A stretch of 64,000 nt of DNA. Source: a virus (Duplodnaviria > Caudoviricetes). Location of the stretch: positions 8,873 to 72,872 of the IMG/VR virus record IMGVR_UViG_2603880214_000004; one strand, written 5' to 3'. The position numbers and the translations under genes are program-made. The notes beneath the pieces were generated by a model. It saw only the letters and a program-made list of their open reading frames with translations, did no database searches and was not told the origin of the DNA. Within the stretch, counting starts at the first letter, position 1, and every line of letters begins with the position of its first letter. Of the stretch, positions 48,619 to 58,024 are shown in pieces.

Positions 48619-48702
48619 CGCAAAAGTAGAAAAGTAGAAAAGTAGAAAAGTAGAAAAGTAGAAAAGTAGAAAAGTATATATTTCTACTTTTCTACTTTTG
48701 CG
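48619..48702. repeat. (AAAAGTAG)x6.9 followed by two inverted copies
   Basis: Seen directly; CGCAAAAGTAG...CTACTTTTGCG can fold back. Confidence 0.9.
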
Positions 48703-48720
48703 AAAGGTGTATTTATTATT

Positions 48721-48758
48721 GGGGTACTGCTAGCATTTCGGAAAACCCCCACGCTAAG
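48721..48758 (+). mobile_element. Tn3-family 38-bp terminal inverted repeat
   Basis: GGGGTACTGCTAGCATTTCGGAAAACCCCCACGCTAAG. Confidence 0.8.
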
Positions 48759-48793
48759 TAAAAACATAGAATAAGCTGCCCATATGGACAGCT

Positions 48794-48821
48794 TATTTAC
48801 ATAATTATCGTTATCAGAAGT
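48794..48821 (-). other. dif-like (XerC/D) site 1
   Basis: ACTTCTGATAA-CGATAA-TTATGTAAATA versus B. subtilis dif ACTTCCTAGAA-TATATA-TTATGTAAACT. Confidence 0.7.
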
Positions 48822-48857
48822 TGATATATGTAATTCATCTACGAAAAATTATCACTA

Positions 48858-49184
48858 TCAGACTGGAATTATGCTTTCTAACTCAGTAATTTTCTCGCTA
48901 ATTAACTGCTCTATTTTTTTTATAAAATCATCAATTTGACTAAGTTCCGTAAGGATAAATAAATTTGAACGCATCCAATAAGGCTTTGATTGCTTATTGT
49001 CAGCTACTACCTCAATGCCTACAATTCCTCTTTTATCATGTAAGAAGAATCTCATGGATAAGAAATGAGTTACATTGTCTATATCCTCACCTGAAACCCA
49101 TTGAAACTCATTTATTTTAAAAGTGGAGAACTTGATTATGCCTTTTTTAAAATCTTCGAGATCTTCATTGGTGGGGTCACCATA
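48858..49184 (-). pseudogene. 5'-truncated gene (possible immunity protein)
   Basis: The frame stays open about 43 codons upstream of the track ORF without a start codon. Confidence 0.5.
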
Positions 49185-49296
49185 TCATTTCGGGAAAATT
49201 GTACATTTAGATACAAAATAGACACAATTTAATCAATTCCCTGTATGTTAAGGAACCGGTTAGCAATCCCAAAAAACACATCTAATAGTATCTTTT

Positions 49297-50400
49297 TTAG
49301 AATCGCTCAAGTAATATTTTATTAGAGCCGAATTTTTTAGTTTTACAAATACAATTTATATTTGGAAGCCATTCTTTTTCATGGGTAATTTCCAATGTTA
49401 AATAGTTAATTGATAATTTTTTTCCACTAGATGCCAAAGGGTGTTTTAAAGAATAATTAATAATTTCAGTGCAAATAAGATTGGCTATTAAACTAATGTA
49501 TGGACCTATGGCAGTAGTAATTGTTTTGGATTCTAACTCTAATAATTTTTCTTTCTTCAAGGGATTGTTTCCTAATAAATCGTGATAAAAACATTCTAAA
49601 CAAGGTGTCTGATTAGGAATGCTGGTCAAAATTTGACCTGTCACACACCCTAATCCACCTGTTATAAGGGGAATATTCCTTATCTGTGAAAATAAATTAG
49701 ACCATAATTGAATATATATAGGGGGCTGATCTGCTGCACAAATTAAAATATCAATGTCCTCAGGAAATACCTCTAATAAATCTTCTACACCATTTATGCG
49801 TTTTGTGAAACCTGTTATAGAAATCTCATCATTGAAAGCTTTGATATTATTTATAGCTGATTGCACTTTATATTCACCTATATCAGATAATTTATATAAA
49901 AATTGCCTATTCAAATTCTTGTATTCAATCTTATCAGGGTCTACTATATAAATAGTATTTACGCCTAATCCTGCCAATTGTAACAATAAATTACTTCCCA
50001 ATCCCCCAAGACCAATAATACCAATTTTTAATTCCTGTAATTCCTTTAAAATATTCTCTGCTGAATTATGCATAGAAGAAAAATTTGAAAAGAAATGAAG
50101 ATTTGTTAAATGTCGATTATTATCTATATTAGGATTAGGTAAGCACTGTTCTACATGACCGTAATTATTTAATTCTTTGATAGTATCCCATACATCTTGT
50201 TTGGTTAATGAAGGGAATTTAGAGTGTAATATTTTAAAAATTTCTGTCACGCTCTTATTTCCATCTAATAAATTAAGAAGTTCTTTAAGAAAACCATCGC
50301 TATCTTTCAATACACTCATAAAATTTCGATCTTTACCAATAATAATTTCTGTATCACTTATATAAGTGACAGGATGTATATCTTTTATTTTATAAAACAT
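49297..50400 (-). CDS. ThiF/E1-like adenylyltransferase with N-terminal RRE-like winged helix
   Basis: GLGGLGS, D.D.IEYKNLNRQ, CAAD, PCLEC; ATG 50400 with SD GAGGTG. Confidence 0.9.
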   Translation of the reverse strand: MFYKIKDIHPVTYISDTEIIIGKDRNFMSVLKDSDGFLKELLNLLDGNKSVTEIFKILHSKFPSLTKQDVWDTIKELNNYGHVEQCLPNPNIDNNRHLTNLHFFSNFSSMHNSAENILKELQELKIGIIGLGGLGSNLLLQLAGLGVNTIYIVDPDKIEYKNLNRQFLYKLSDIGEYKVQSAINNIKAFNDEISITGFTKRINGVEDLLEVFPEDIDILICAADQPPIYIQLWSNLFSQIRNIPLITGGLGCVTGQILTSIPNQTPCLECFYHDLLGNNPLKKEKLLELESKTITTAIGPYISLIANLICTEIINYSLKHPLASSGKKLSINYLTLEITHEKEWLPNINCICKTKKFGSNKILLERF

Positions 50401-50420
50401 GATAAAAAACACCTCAATAT

Positions 50421-50473
50421 ATAAGATTTAAAAAAGGTGCTTTAAGAATTAAAGCACCTTTTTTAAATCTTAT
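50421..50473. terminator. Perfect 25-bp stem between precursor and ThiF genes
   Basis: ATAAGATTTAAAAAAGGTGCTTTAA-GAA-TTAAAGCACCTTTTTTAAATCTTAT. Confidence 0.85.
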
Positions 50474-50553
50474 GTTCCTCCAATAGTACCTCCCCAAATC
50501 CAATCCAAAAAACCTGATCTTTGATCAATTCTTTCAATATCGATTTTATTCAT
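50470..50553 (-). CDS. Putative RiPP precursor peptide (27 aa)
   Basis: MNKIDIERIDQRSGFLDWIWGGTIGGT; SD AGGTGA 9 nt upstream; directly upstream of ThiF. Confidence 0.75.
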   Translation of the reverse strand: MNKIDIERIDQRSGFLDWIWGGTIGGT

Positions 50554-50804
50554 GTGAACTACTCACCTGCCTTTATGTAAATAATACCATTTTTAACTTT
50601 ATCTTTCAATAGTTAATTTTCTATATATTTTTATAATTTAAAAATATATAGAACAAATATAAGAATTCAATATTTAGGGGAGTGAAGTATAGGGTTTTTT
50701 TGTAAAATTTTGAAATGAAGAGGAAACTTAAAGAAATTCTATTAGGAAATGTCATATGTTTATTAAAAACCTTTGAAAATATAAAATAAACTTGAAGTAA
50801 ACGG

Positions 50805-51413
50805 TTGAGTGGGATCAACGTGTATATTACGAATCTTTCTACAGAAAATGTTCCAACGGAACACATCCATGACTTGTATTCATTACGCTGGCAAATTGAA
50901 ATTTTGTTCAAAACATGGAAATCTTTTTTTAAAATTGACAGGTGCAAAGAAATTAAGAAAGAACGCTTAGAATGCCATTTATATGGGCAACTCATTAGTA
51001 TTTTACTCTGTTCATCGACGATGTTCAAAATGCGTCGGTTACTCTTAGATAAGAAAAAGAAAGAGTTAAGTGAATTCAAATCCATCTATATAATAAAGAA
51101 TTATTATCTATTGTTTTATGAAGGATTACAAAAAGATACCCAGGAATTAACAAAGATATTATTTCGTCTGTTCAATCTTTTACAGAAAAACGGAAGAAAA
51201 TCCCATAGGTATGAGAAGAAAACAGTCTTTGATATCTTAGGTGTTGTATACAACTTTTCTATGTCTCACAATGATGTAGCGTAATTCAAAAAATTGAAAC
51301 CCGATAGGGTTTATTTGGTATGCGAATCTTTAAAGAACTTACACCGGACCTTTAGAAAAAAGAAAAAATCTCACGTGAAATTAAACTTATATAATCTTAG
51401 CTTGATGGGCATG
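50805..51413 (+). mobile_element. IS231-like (IS4 family) transposase 3' remnant and right inverted repeat
   Basis: [16 protein letters not shown] (YREK motif), [19 protein letters not shown]; end CTTAGCTTGATGGGCATG. Confidence 0.9.
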
Positions 51414-51484
51414 GGGTACCGTCAGCATTTTGGAAAAACCTCATGCTAAGCAAAAAATACAATAAGCTGTCCATATGGACAGCT

Positions 51485-51512
51485 TATTTACATAATGATC
51501 GATATCGGAAGT
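51485..51512 (-). other. dif-like site 2
   Basis: ACTTCCGATAT-CGATCA-TTATGTAAATA. Confidence 0.7.
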
Positions 51513-51520
51513 TACAGTTA

Positions 51521-52384
51521 TTAATTATTTATGAAATCTTTTCTTTTGTGCGAGTAATGTTTCTTCTCTGTAAAGTGAATAGAATCAATTCCTATGCATG
51601 GACTGAGATCCCCATCCAAAATATTGGTACCACCAAAAGCAAAATGCTTTAATTGGTGCAATTCCTTAATAAAACCAATGGAAGGTATATCAGCACAATT
51701 CCAAAGAATAAAAAACTCTAGTGCCTTTAAATCCTCAATTCTATATAAGTTTTCAATATTTTTACACGCTTCAATTTCTAATCTTTGTAAAGAATGATTT
51801 AAGCCTTCTAAATTCCCTAAATCATTTAATGTTCGTAAATAATTCAATTCTAATTTCTTTAATTTTTTTAACTTTCCTATACCTGCGAGAGAACTTATTC
51901 TACATTGGGTAAGAACTAATTCTTCGAGCTGTTTTAAGTTACTCAACTCTTGTAGATTTCTTTCCTTTGGGGCATATTTCCACATCCATAATAATTTTAG
52001 ATTTTTGAGATGACCAAGTCCTTTTATCCTCTTGCTCCAATTTAGAAACAGCCGTTCTAAATTAGAAAATGCTCTTAGATCAATTTCATTTTTTCCATCT
52101 ATAACAGTTGAATCAGTTAAACTAAGGGCTTTTAAATTTTTTATATGATATAAACCCGATATATCTTTTAAATAAGTGCTATCTAAGGATATTTCTTCAA
52201 CGGTAGGACATTCACTTAAAAAATTCACGTCTTCACTTTTATAATACCAGTCTATTATAGCTATCTGAGTAATCCGATGTTGGTTTATATACTCAATACA
52301 TTCACTCAAATATTTATGTGATACTAAAACCTCTATCCCTTCTGAGTCTTCTCTTATTCTGACATTACCGATCATTTTTTCCAT
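51521..52384 (-). CDS. Leucine-rich-repeat protein (cytoplasmic, immunity-like)
   Basis: Repeated LxxLxxLxL; no signal peptide; SD GGGGG. Confidence 0.85.
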   Translation of the reverse strand: MEKMIGNVRIREDSEGIEVLVSHKYLSECIEYINQHRITQIAIIDWYYKSEDVNFLSECPTVEEISLDSTYLKDISGLYHIKNLKALSLTDSTVIDGKNEIDLRAFSNLERLFLNWSKRIKGLGHLKNLKLLWMWKYAPKERNLQELSNLKQLEELVLTQCRISSLAGIGKLKKLKKLELNYLRTLNDLGNLEGLNHSLQRLEIEACKNIENLYRIEDLKALEFFILWNCADIPSIGFIKELHQLKHFAFGGTNILDGDLSPCIGIDSIHFTEKKHYSHKRKDFINN

Positions 52385-52476
52385 ATGTACCCCCAAGATA
52401 TATTGCTCTATTTATTAATATAACTTATTTGTAAAGAAGAAACACAATTCAACTTATGTATGCTCCATTCACATCA

Positions 52477-52505
52477 AGTTAACATAACGTCCTATTATCG
52501 GTAGC
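52477..52505 (-). other. dif-like site 3 (7-bp spacer)
   Basis: GCTACCGATAA-TAGGACG-TTATGTTAACT. Confidence 0.6.
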
Positions 52506-52766
52506 AAGAAAAAAGGAGGAACCCTAATCTCACAAGGGAACCTCCTTTTTCTGTTCTATGAACCTATACATTTTTTTATACATTCCTATCCTGACGCGGT
52601 TTTAGGGTTCTTGTTTATTACTGGATTAGCCGAAAAACTGTATGAAATCTTGCATGCTCGTAGCGTGGTTTTTTCCAAAATGTTGGTGGTACCCCATGCC
52701 CATCAACTTAAGAATTTTATAGCGTCCTCAAAACGCAAAAACGGGAAGACCTACAAAAAGTAGAGC

Positions 52767-53033
52767 TTACTTTTTGTCGGAAATTATGTCATTTAGGATG
52801 TTCTGCTCATGTTCATTCAATTTACTAGCAATGTAGTAATCTAATATTTCATCAATAAGCTCATAATTTTTCATATCTTTCATTGTGCAAATGGTTTTTA
52901 TTTTATTGAGTGTTTCAGGCGATACTTTTATATTTTTCCTGTCTGCTGCTGACAATGAATTCTTTTTCTTTGTCGCAGGATTATCTTGAACAGGTGTCAC
53001 AGTCACTAAGTATTTTTTATCCAAATTGACCAC
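52767..53033 (-). CDS. Ribbon-helix-helix-like small DNA-binding protein
   Basis: NIKVSPETLNKIKTI...YELIDEILDYY. Confidence 0.7.
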   Translation of the reverse strand: MVNLDKKYLVTVTPVQDNPATKKKNSLSAADRKNIKVSPETLNKIKTICTMKDMKNYELIDEILDYYIASKLNEHEQNILNDIISDKK

Positions 53034-53148
53034 TCCTATTTAGTATATATTATCCCAAACTATTAAAACTAATTTGCGTATCTTGTGTAGAGAGAAAAGT
53101 GGAAATATAGAAATATCCCTATTTCCAAATAGGGATATTTCTATATTT

Positions 53149-53523
53149 TTAAATCTCTGTTAACAGCTTGAATTTCCTTTTCTGTTCAGGCGTTAGCTCA
53201 TTTTCTACATAACGATCTATAAGTAAATCGATGATCTCATACGTGAATTTTGTGTTTGTAAGTTTCATTAATACTTCAAGTTCTTCTTTTGATTGATTAG
53301 AAATTTTAATGCTGCCTTGCTGATTTTTAAATTTCTTTTTTGATTCAGTTTTTTCGTTTCTTTTTTCTTTTTGAGCTACTTGCTTTTCTTCTGTCTTAGG
53401 TTGAGAAGGAGCAGATGGAACTTCATTATTTTCCACTACAGCTTGTCCTTGCTCTGGTACATAAGGTTCAGTAGGTTCAAAGTTACTTTTCTTTCTACCT
53501 AACAAACCAGGAGTTCTTGCCAT
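53149..53523 (-). CDS. Type Ib partition adaptor (centromere-binding) candidate
   Basis: Directly downstream of parA; disordered N-terminus plus RHH-like SIKIS..SKEEL. Confidence 0.72.
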   Translation of the reverse strand: MARTPGLLGRKKSNFEPTEPYVPEQGQAVVENNEVPSAPSQPKTEEKQVAQKEKRNEKTESKKKFKNQQGSIKISNQSKEELEVLMKLTNTKFTYEIIDLLIDRYVENELTPEQKRKFKLLTEI

Positions 53524-53524
53524 T

Positions 53525-54346
53525 TTACACACCAACCTTCATTTTTTCGAACATATCAATACGAGATAATAATTCATCACTAATCGTTTCGTATAGTTCA
53601 ATTACATTCATATCATGTCTATCTTTTTCAGTAATACCATTCACATCAAATCGTTTAATACGTTCCATTTGAGGGACGATGTTTTTGAATAGGTTTTCTT
53701 CACCGAAAATTTCACGAGCGTTTTCCATGATATACTCGTCAACCTTACCGTTGTTTTTTAATAGGACAGGAAGAACGCCAACTACTTCAATATCAAGATC
53801 ATATTGTTCCTTTAACTTGATAAGCTCATTAATATAGTTCTCAGCGCCAGTAAGAGAACGTTCTTGTGTTTGTAGTGCAATTAGAACATAATCCGAAGCT
53901 ACAACTGCATTTTTTGTAACTTCTAGTGACATAGGAGGAACGTCAATAAATATGTAGTCGTATTTATGCTTTATCTTTTCAAGTAATCCTTTAAAGTAAT
54001 GATCTTCTTCAGCTTCTGAAGAACAATTTTTATAAAGGAATTTTGCGAAGTCCTGAAAATCAACATAAGAAGGAAGTAAATGTAAGTTCTCCATAATTTC
54101 CACTTCTAAGCCGTCTAGGTTTCCCTCTTGTATACCTTTCATTAATGTTTTTTCAACAGTAACGATTTCATCAGGGTTAAGGATTGATTTTGTTAACATT
54201 AAAGACTTTGTTGCGTTACTTTGTGGGTCAAGATCAACAAGTAATGTACGCTTGCCCTTTTTAGCAAATTCATAAGAGTTCAATACAGCATTTGTGGTTT
54301 TACCGACTCCACCTTTGTAATTACCTACCGTAATTGTAATAGCCAT
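53525..54346 (-). CDS. parA: ParA/Soj Walker-type partition ATPase
   Basis: KGGVGKTT, DLDPQSNAT, YDYIFIDVPP. Confidence 0.95.
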   Translation of the reverse strand: MAITITVGNYKGGVGKTTNAVLNSYEFAKKGKRTLLVDLDPQSNATKSLMLTKSILNPDEIVTVEKTLMKGIQEGNLDGLEVEIMENLHLLPSYVDFQDFAKFLYKNCSSEAEEDHYFKGLLEKIKHKYDYIFIDVPPMSLEVTKNAVVASDYVLIALQTQERSLTGAENYINELIKLKEQYDLDIEVVGVLPVLLKNNGKVDEYIMENAREIFGEENLFKNIVPQMERIKRFDVNGITEKDRHDMNVIELYETISDELLSRIDMFEKMKVGV

Positions 54347-54371
54347 TTTTAACACTCCAGTTATAGTTTTT

Positions 54372-54720
54372 GAAATTTCCCTATATCCCTTTATAGAAAT
54401 AGGGAAAAATAGAAATAGGGAAATAGGGATATTTCTAACTATAGAAATAGGGATATTTCTATATCTTTAAAGAAATTATAACAATGATATTTAGGTTATG
54501 CAATAGAATCATAGAGTTAGTAATTAATAACAAAAACGTTGGTATCAAAAGATTCTTTTGATGTACGAAGTAGAGAGAGTTAAGAAATGAATATGAAATT
54601 TCGTAGAGGAGATAGTAGAAGCAAAAATAATAAAAATAGGGAAATATAGATATAGGGAAAAGGGGAAATATCCCTATATCTATAAGTGGAAATAGGGAAA
54701 TAGGGAAATAGGGATATTAT
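54372..54720. repeat. AAATAGGGA(A/T) repeat clusters (centromere-like), also at 53095-53148
   Basis: Many direct and inverted copies of aaataggga / tccctat flanking the par operon. Confidence 0.75.
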
Positions 54721-54884
54721 TCGGAAAGTGCGCAAATTCGCTGTTTACAAAGGTTAATGCTTGTTGTAACGTAGTACACAACAAGCAACATTCTACAAAA
54801 CAAAACATAATTTGATATTTTACATAAATGAAGAGCAAGAAGATCGATAGAACAAACTTAAAAACAATTGAATATGAACACAAA

Positions 54885-55058
54885 ACAAAAAGCCACTCCC
54901 ATATGCTAACGGCTACCAACCGTTGTGGGAATGACTCAGCTCTAGTAATTGCTACCAACACTTACTAGACATAACCTGTAACCATGCAGGAATTTGGTTT
55001 AAGTAGTGTACCACCACTATCCTTAAACAATTATGCCTTTCGACTAGGCTTATTTGAT
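54885..55058 (-). ncRNA. Candidate antisense (counter-transcript) RNA with two UUGGUAG loops
   Basis: Promoter TTGAAT-17-TAAAAT (55093-55065); stems around ctaccaa at 54913 and 54952; terminator-like end at about 54890. Confidence 0.6.
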
Positions 55059-55986
55059 ATACCCATTTTATCTATGATTCGGCTAAAATTCAACTAGTAA
55101 ATGCTAGAATTGTATTTTTTGCAGTCAAAAGATATATATAGGGCATCTCTAAGCCTAGAAGTCTTGTGAATGTACAAGCCATTTAGGAGTTAGAGATGCC
55201 TTTTTGTTTTTTGTTCGCGTGGAATTGCCTGATACCACGTAAATAAAAACTGATAAGCCGTAATTCCGTGCTGCTATACATATAGGGGGAACGTGTTACG
55301 GCGTGGCTAGCTGTTGGTCGTGCAGGGGGTACAGAGTATGCGCCTACAAAAACAGCACCCCTCATTGGAATCCTGTTCTTCTGATGAGGGTGGGCGAGAA
55401 CGTGCCCAGGGACGAATCCCTAAAAGGTTCGGGTGGTTATCGTTAGCATTACGGTGCTAGGGAATACATTCAGTTTGTCGTGTAGGGACGATATTACAAG
55501 GACAAGCCATAGAAAAAGGATGTATGCGGTGAAAATCGCTGAGTGAACAGGGTCTATACATACGGATACCTTATAAGTGACCGCATGGCGAAAACAAGAC
55601 GCTTATCCATCTATTTTGATCGATTACTTTTTTGTGATCTTTCAAAGTAGGGGATAAATCTGCCTTCCAGCCGTGTTCCATAATCGTTCCCACATGATAA
55701 AAACCCTCAAGACCTTCAGTCAAGCTTAATTACGAAGAAAAGCAGAAAAATATGAGAGTGTTTAACTCATGGGGGAATGAATCACTAAGATAGAGGAATA
55801 AATAGAGGATTTACTACTTTTTTGGTTAGAGGATAAGGGGACGGATGGTAGAATAGGTTTTATTGCAAGATTTGGTTTTATACATCGGATATAGTACGTG
55901 AAATTTATAAGGTTAATTTCTTGTTTATAGAAATAAAGTATTATTTTACAATTGATTAGAAGGATAAAATTTAAGGGGAATATTTT

Positions 55987-56658
55987 ATGACTAATAACCT
56001 TATAGAGAAGAATTGGATAGATGATTTTATTAAAACAGATGTATTTTCAGAGGCTTTAGGTATGGTATGGCGTAATGGTTATGAATCAGGAGGTTATTTT
56101 CAATTCACTCATAAGTCACAAGTGATAGTAAAAAAGTTTGCTGATTTCTTTGGGAAAGAAACAAGATCAAGATATTGTGAAGATAAAGGGTATGTGGAAT
56201 GGTATATGTCTATGAATAGTGACCATCCATTTATTACAAAGGTAAAAGAATTTGGTTGGACACCGATACGAGGAAAATCTAGGTTATTTCCTAAAGGTGA
56301 GTTTAATAAAAAAATATTCATTAAAAAATATGTTTTATTGAGGCATGAACTTGGCACGATAAAAGTTAAACGATCTGAAAATAAAATTTATGTTAGACCA
56401 CGCTTTCGTATTCATGGGTCTGAAGATATCTTGGAGCATTTAAATAATTTTATGTTTGAAGAATTAGGTATTAAGAAGAAAAAATTACAAACTGACGGGA
56501 AAATACCAAAAGCAAAAATTTTATATTTTCAATCATACAAAGATATAGAGAGTATTTTGAAATATATTGGAGCTTCAGAGACATTAGAAACGTTGTATTC
56601 GTTCGATTTAGGATTTCATGATGCTGAAGAATTTAAGAAGACCGACCTAGGGAAATAA
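55987..56658 (+). CDS. LAGLIDADG-fold-like protein with degenerate motifs
   Basis: ALGMVWRNG, FRIHGSEDILEHL, ILYFQS..DIESILKYI resemble two-domain LAGLIDADG proteins. Confidence 0.5.
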   Translation: MTNNLIEKNWIDDFIKTDVFSEALGMVWRNGYESGGYFQFTHKSQVIVKKFADFFGKETRSRYCEDKGYVEWYMSMNSDHPFITKVKEFGWTPIRGKSRLFPKGEFNKKIFIKKYVLLRHELGTIKVKRSENKIYVRPRFRIHGSEDILEHLNNFMFEELGIKKKKLQTDGKIPKAKILYFQSYKDIESILKYIGASETLETLYSFDLGFHDAEEFKKTDLGK

Positions 56659-57211
56659 GCAGGTTTTTAGGAGGGGGATTACTATCTCATTGGACAAAAA
56701 TTTAACATTTTATGATTATAAGAATAGTTTTCAACTTTTAATCTAATGTAAAATTAGTGAGACGTTTATTTTATATCAAAATGTTAATTAAAAAAGAGTT
56801 AGAAGTGATTATTTGAATAAATTAATATTATTGTCTTTATTGGCTACATTTTGTTTAAATATCGCAGGATGTTCTAATGATATAGCTATACCAAGGGATA
56901 ATTCTAAACCCTCAATATCTAAGAAGGTTAAATGCATTAACAAAGCATGGTACAAAAAAACATATGTTATGTAATAGTTTAAAGAAACTTTAAATGGTGG
57001 ATGATAAAGATTACAAGAGAATAATGACAATTTATTTATCCTAATATTTTTATAATGTAATTAATATCTCTAAATTTACCTAAAAAGACTATCAGTAATA
57101 GTGAAATTTTGGAGAAATAAAATGTGTTTATAATAAAACCAATGAATTGGATAATAAATAATATACATAAAGAAAAGGCGCCCATATAAGGGGGCCTTTT
57201 CTAATGGTTTT

Positions 57212-57322
57212 TTAGCAGAAGCAAGAAGCTCCAACAATAATTAATAAAATAAATAATACAACTAATAAAGCAAATCCTCCTGCAAAGCCACAGCCGCCAC
57301 CGCAGCTACCACCAAAGCCCAT
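57212..57322 (-). CDS. YjcZ/SscA-family sporulation peptide (36 aa)
   Basis: MGFGGSCGGGCGFAGGFALLVVLFILLIIVGASCFC; SD AAAGGAGG. Confidence 0.9.
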   Translation of the reverse strand: MGFGGSCGGGCGFAGGFALLVVLFILLIIVGASCFC

Positions 57323-57724
57323 AATAATTCCTCCTTTAAAGAGTAGGAGAAAAATAAGGAGTCACTCATGTATTTTAATGGATTCAAATTACTTTATGTT
57401 TTTATGGATTAAATGAGCATGGCTTTTTGAAAATAAAAAAAAGACGCCATAAAGCGCCTCCCATTTGGGTAAATAAGAAGTAAGGTTTCCATTTTAATTG
57501 AAAAAAATAGAACAGGTGCTTAGATTTTATCACGATTTTTTGCTGAATGAACATGCATTATTACATATCACCATAAATACCTCTATTTTCCATTTGATAA
57601 AATTAATTACAAATATTTACAAAAATTAAATAAATTTTTCTACAAATTCAAAATATTTACAAAAATCACAAAAGTGATACATTTAAGGTGCAAGTTATAA
57701 AAAACTATTTAAGGGGGATTTATT

Positions 57725-58024
57725 ATGTTCAAGAAACTAGTAGTTGGAGCATTAGCAACTGGTATTGCATTAACAGGAGGAATTGGAGCGGCATCAGCGA
57801 GTGCAGAAGCACCAACAAAGTCACCGAGTTATCAGTATGATTCTTGTTACGACAGTGGAGCTATTTTCCAAGGTGGTAATACTTATGTTAAATATCTACA
57901 CAATACAGTTGATAGATTTGCGAATTCATACACTGATAAGGAGGGATATACATGGTACTTTAAAAGATCCTATTATAAGCCTGAATGTGGAAAATACGAA
58001 GCTTATTATGAAGGAAGAAAATAG
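57725..58024 (+). CDS. Secreted LCI-fold antimicrobial-like protein
   Basis: Signal peptide; FANSY...G.TWYFK...YEAYYEG resembles B. subtilis LCI. Confidence 0.7.
   Translation: MFKKLVVGALATGIALTGGIGAASASAEAPTKSPSYQYDSCYDSGAIFQGGNTYVKYLHNTVDRFANSYTDKEGYTWYFKRSYYKPECGKYEAYYEGRK

Larger units (their letters stand above)
51413..52695. mobile_element. Non-autonomous cassette bounded by inverted Tn3-type IRs, abutting IS231 ends
   Basis: GGGGTACC...GCTAAG at 51413-51450 and inverted copy at about 52659-52695; IS231 left IR CATGCCCATCAACTTAAGAA at 52695-52714. Confidence 0.75.

Noticed and set aside
55210-56658. Group I or II intron hosting the LAGLIDADG-like ORF
   Set aside because: No P7 R/S motifs or domain V recognised, and no interrupted host gene.
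56813-56974. 53-aa lipoprotein-like ORF (IAGC lipobox)
   Set aside because: Weak SD and very short; probably a truncated remnant, too uncertain to list.
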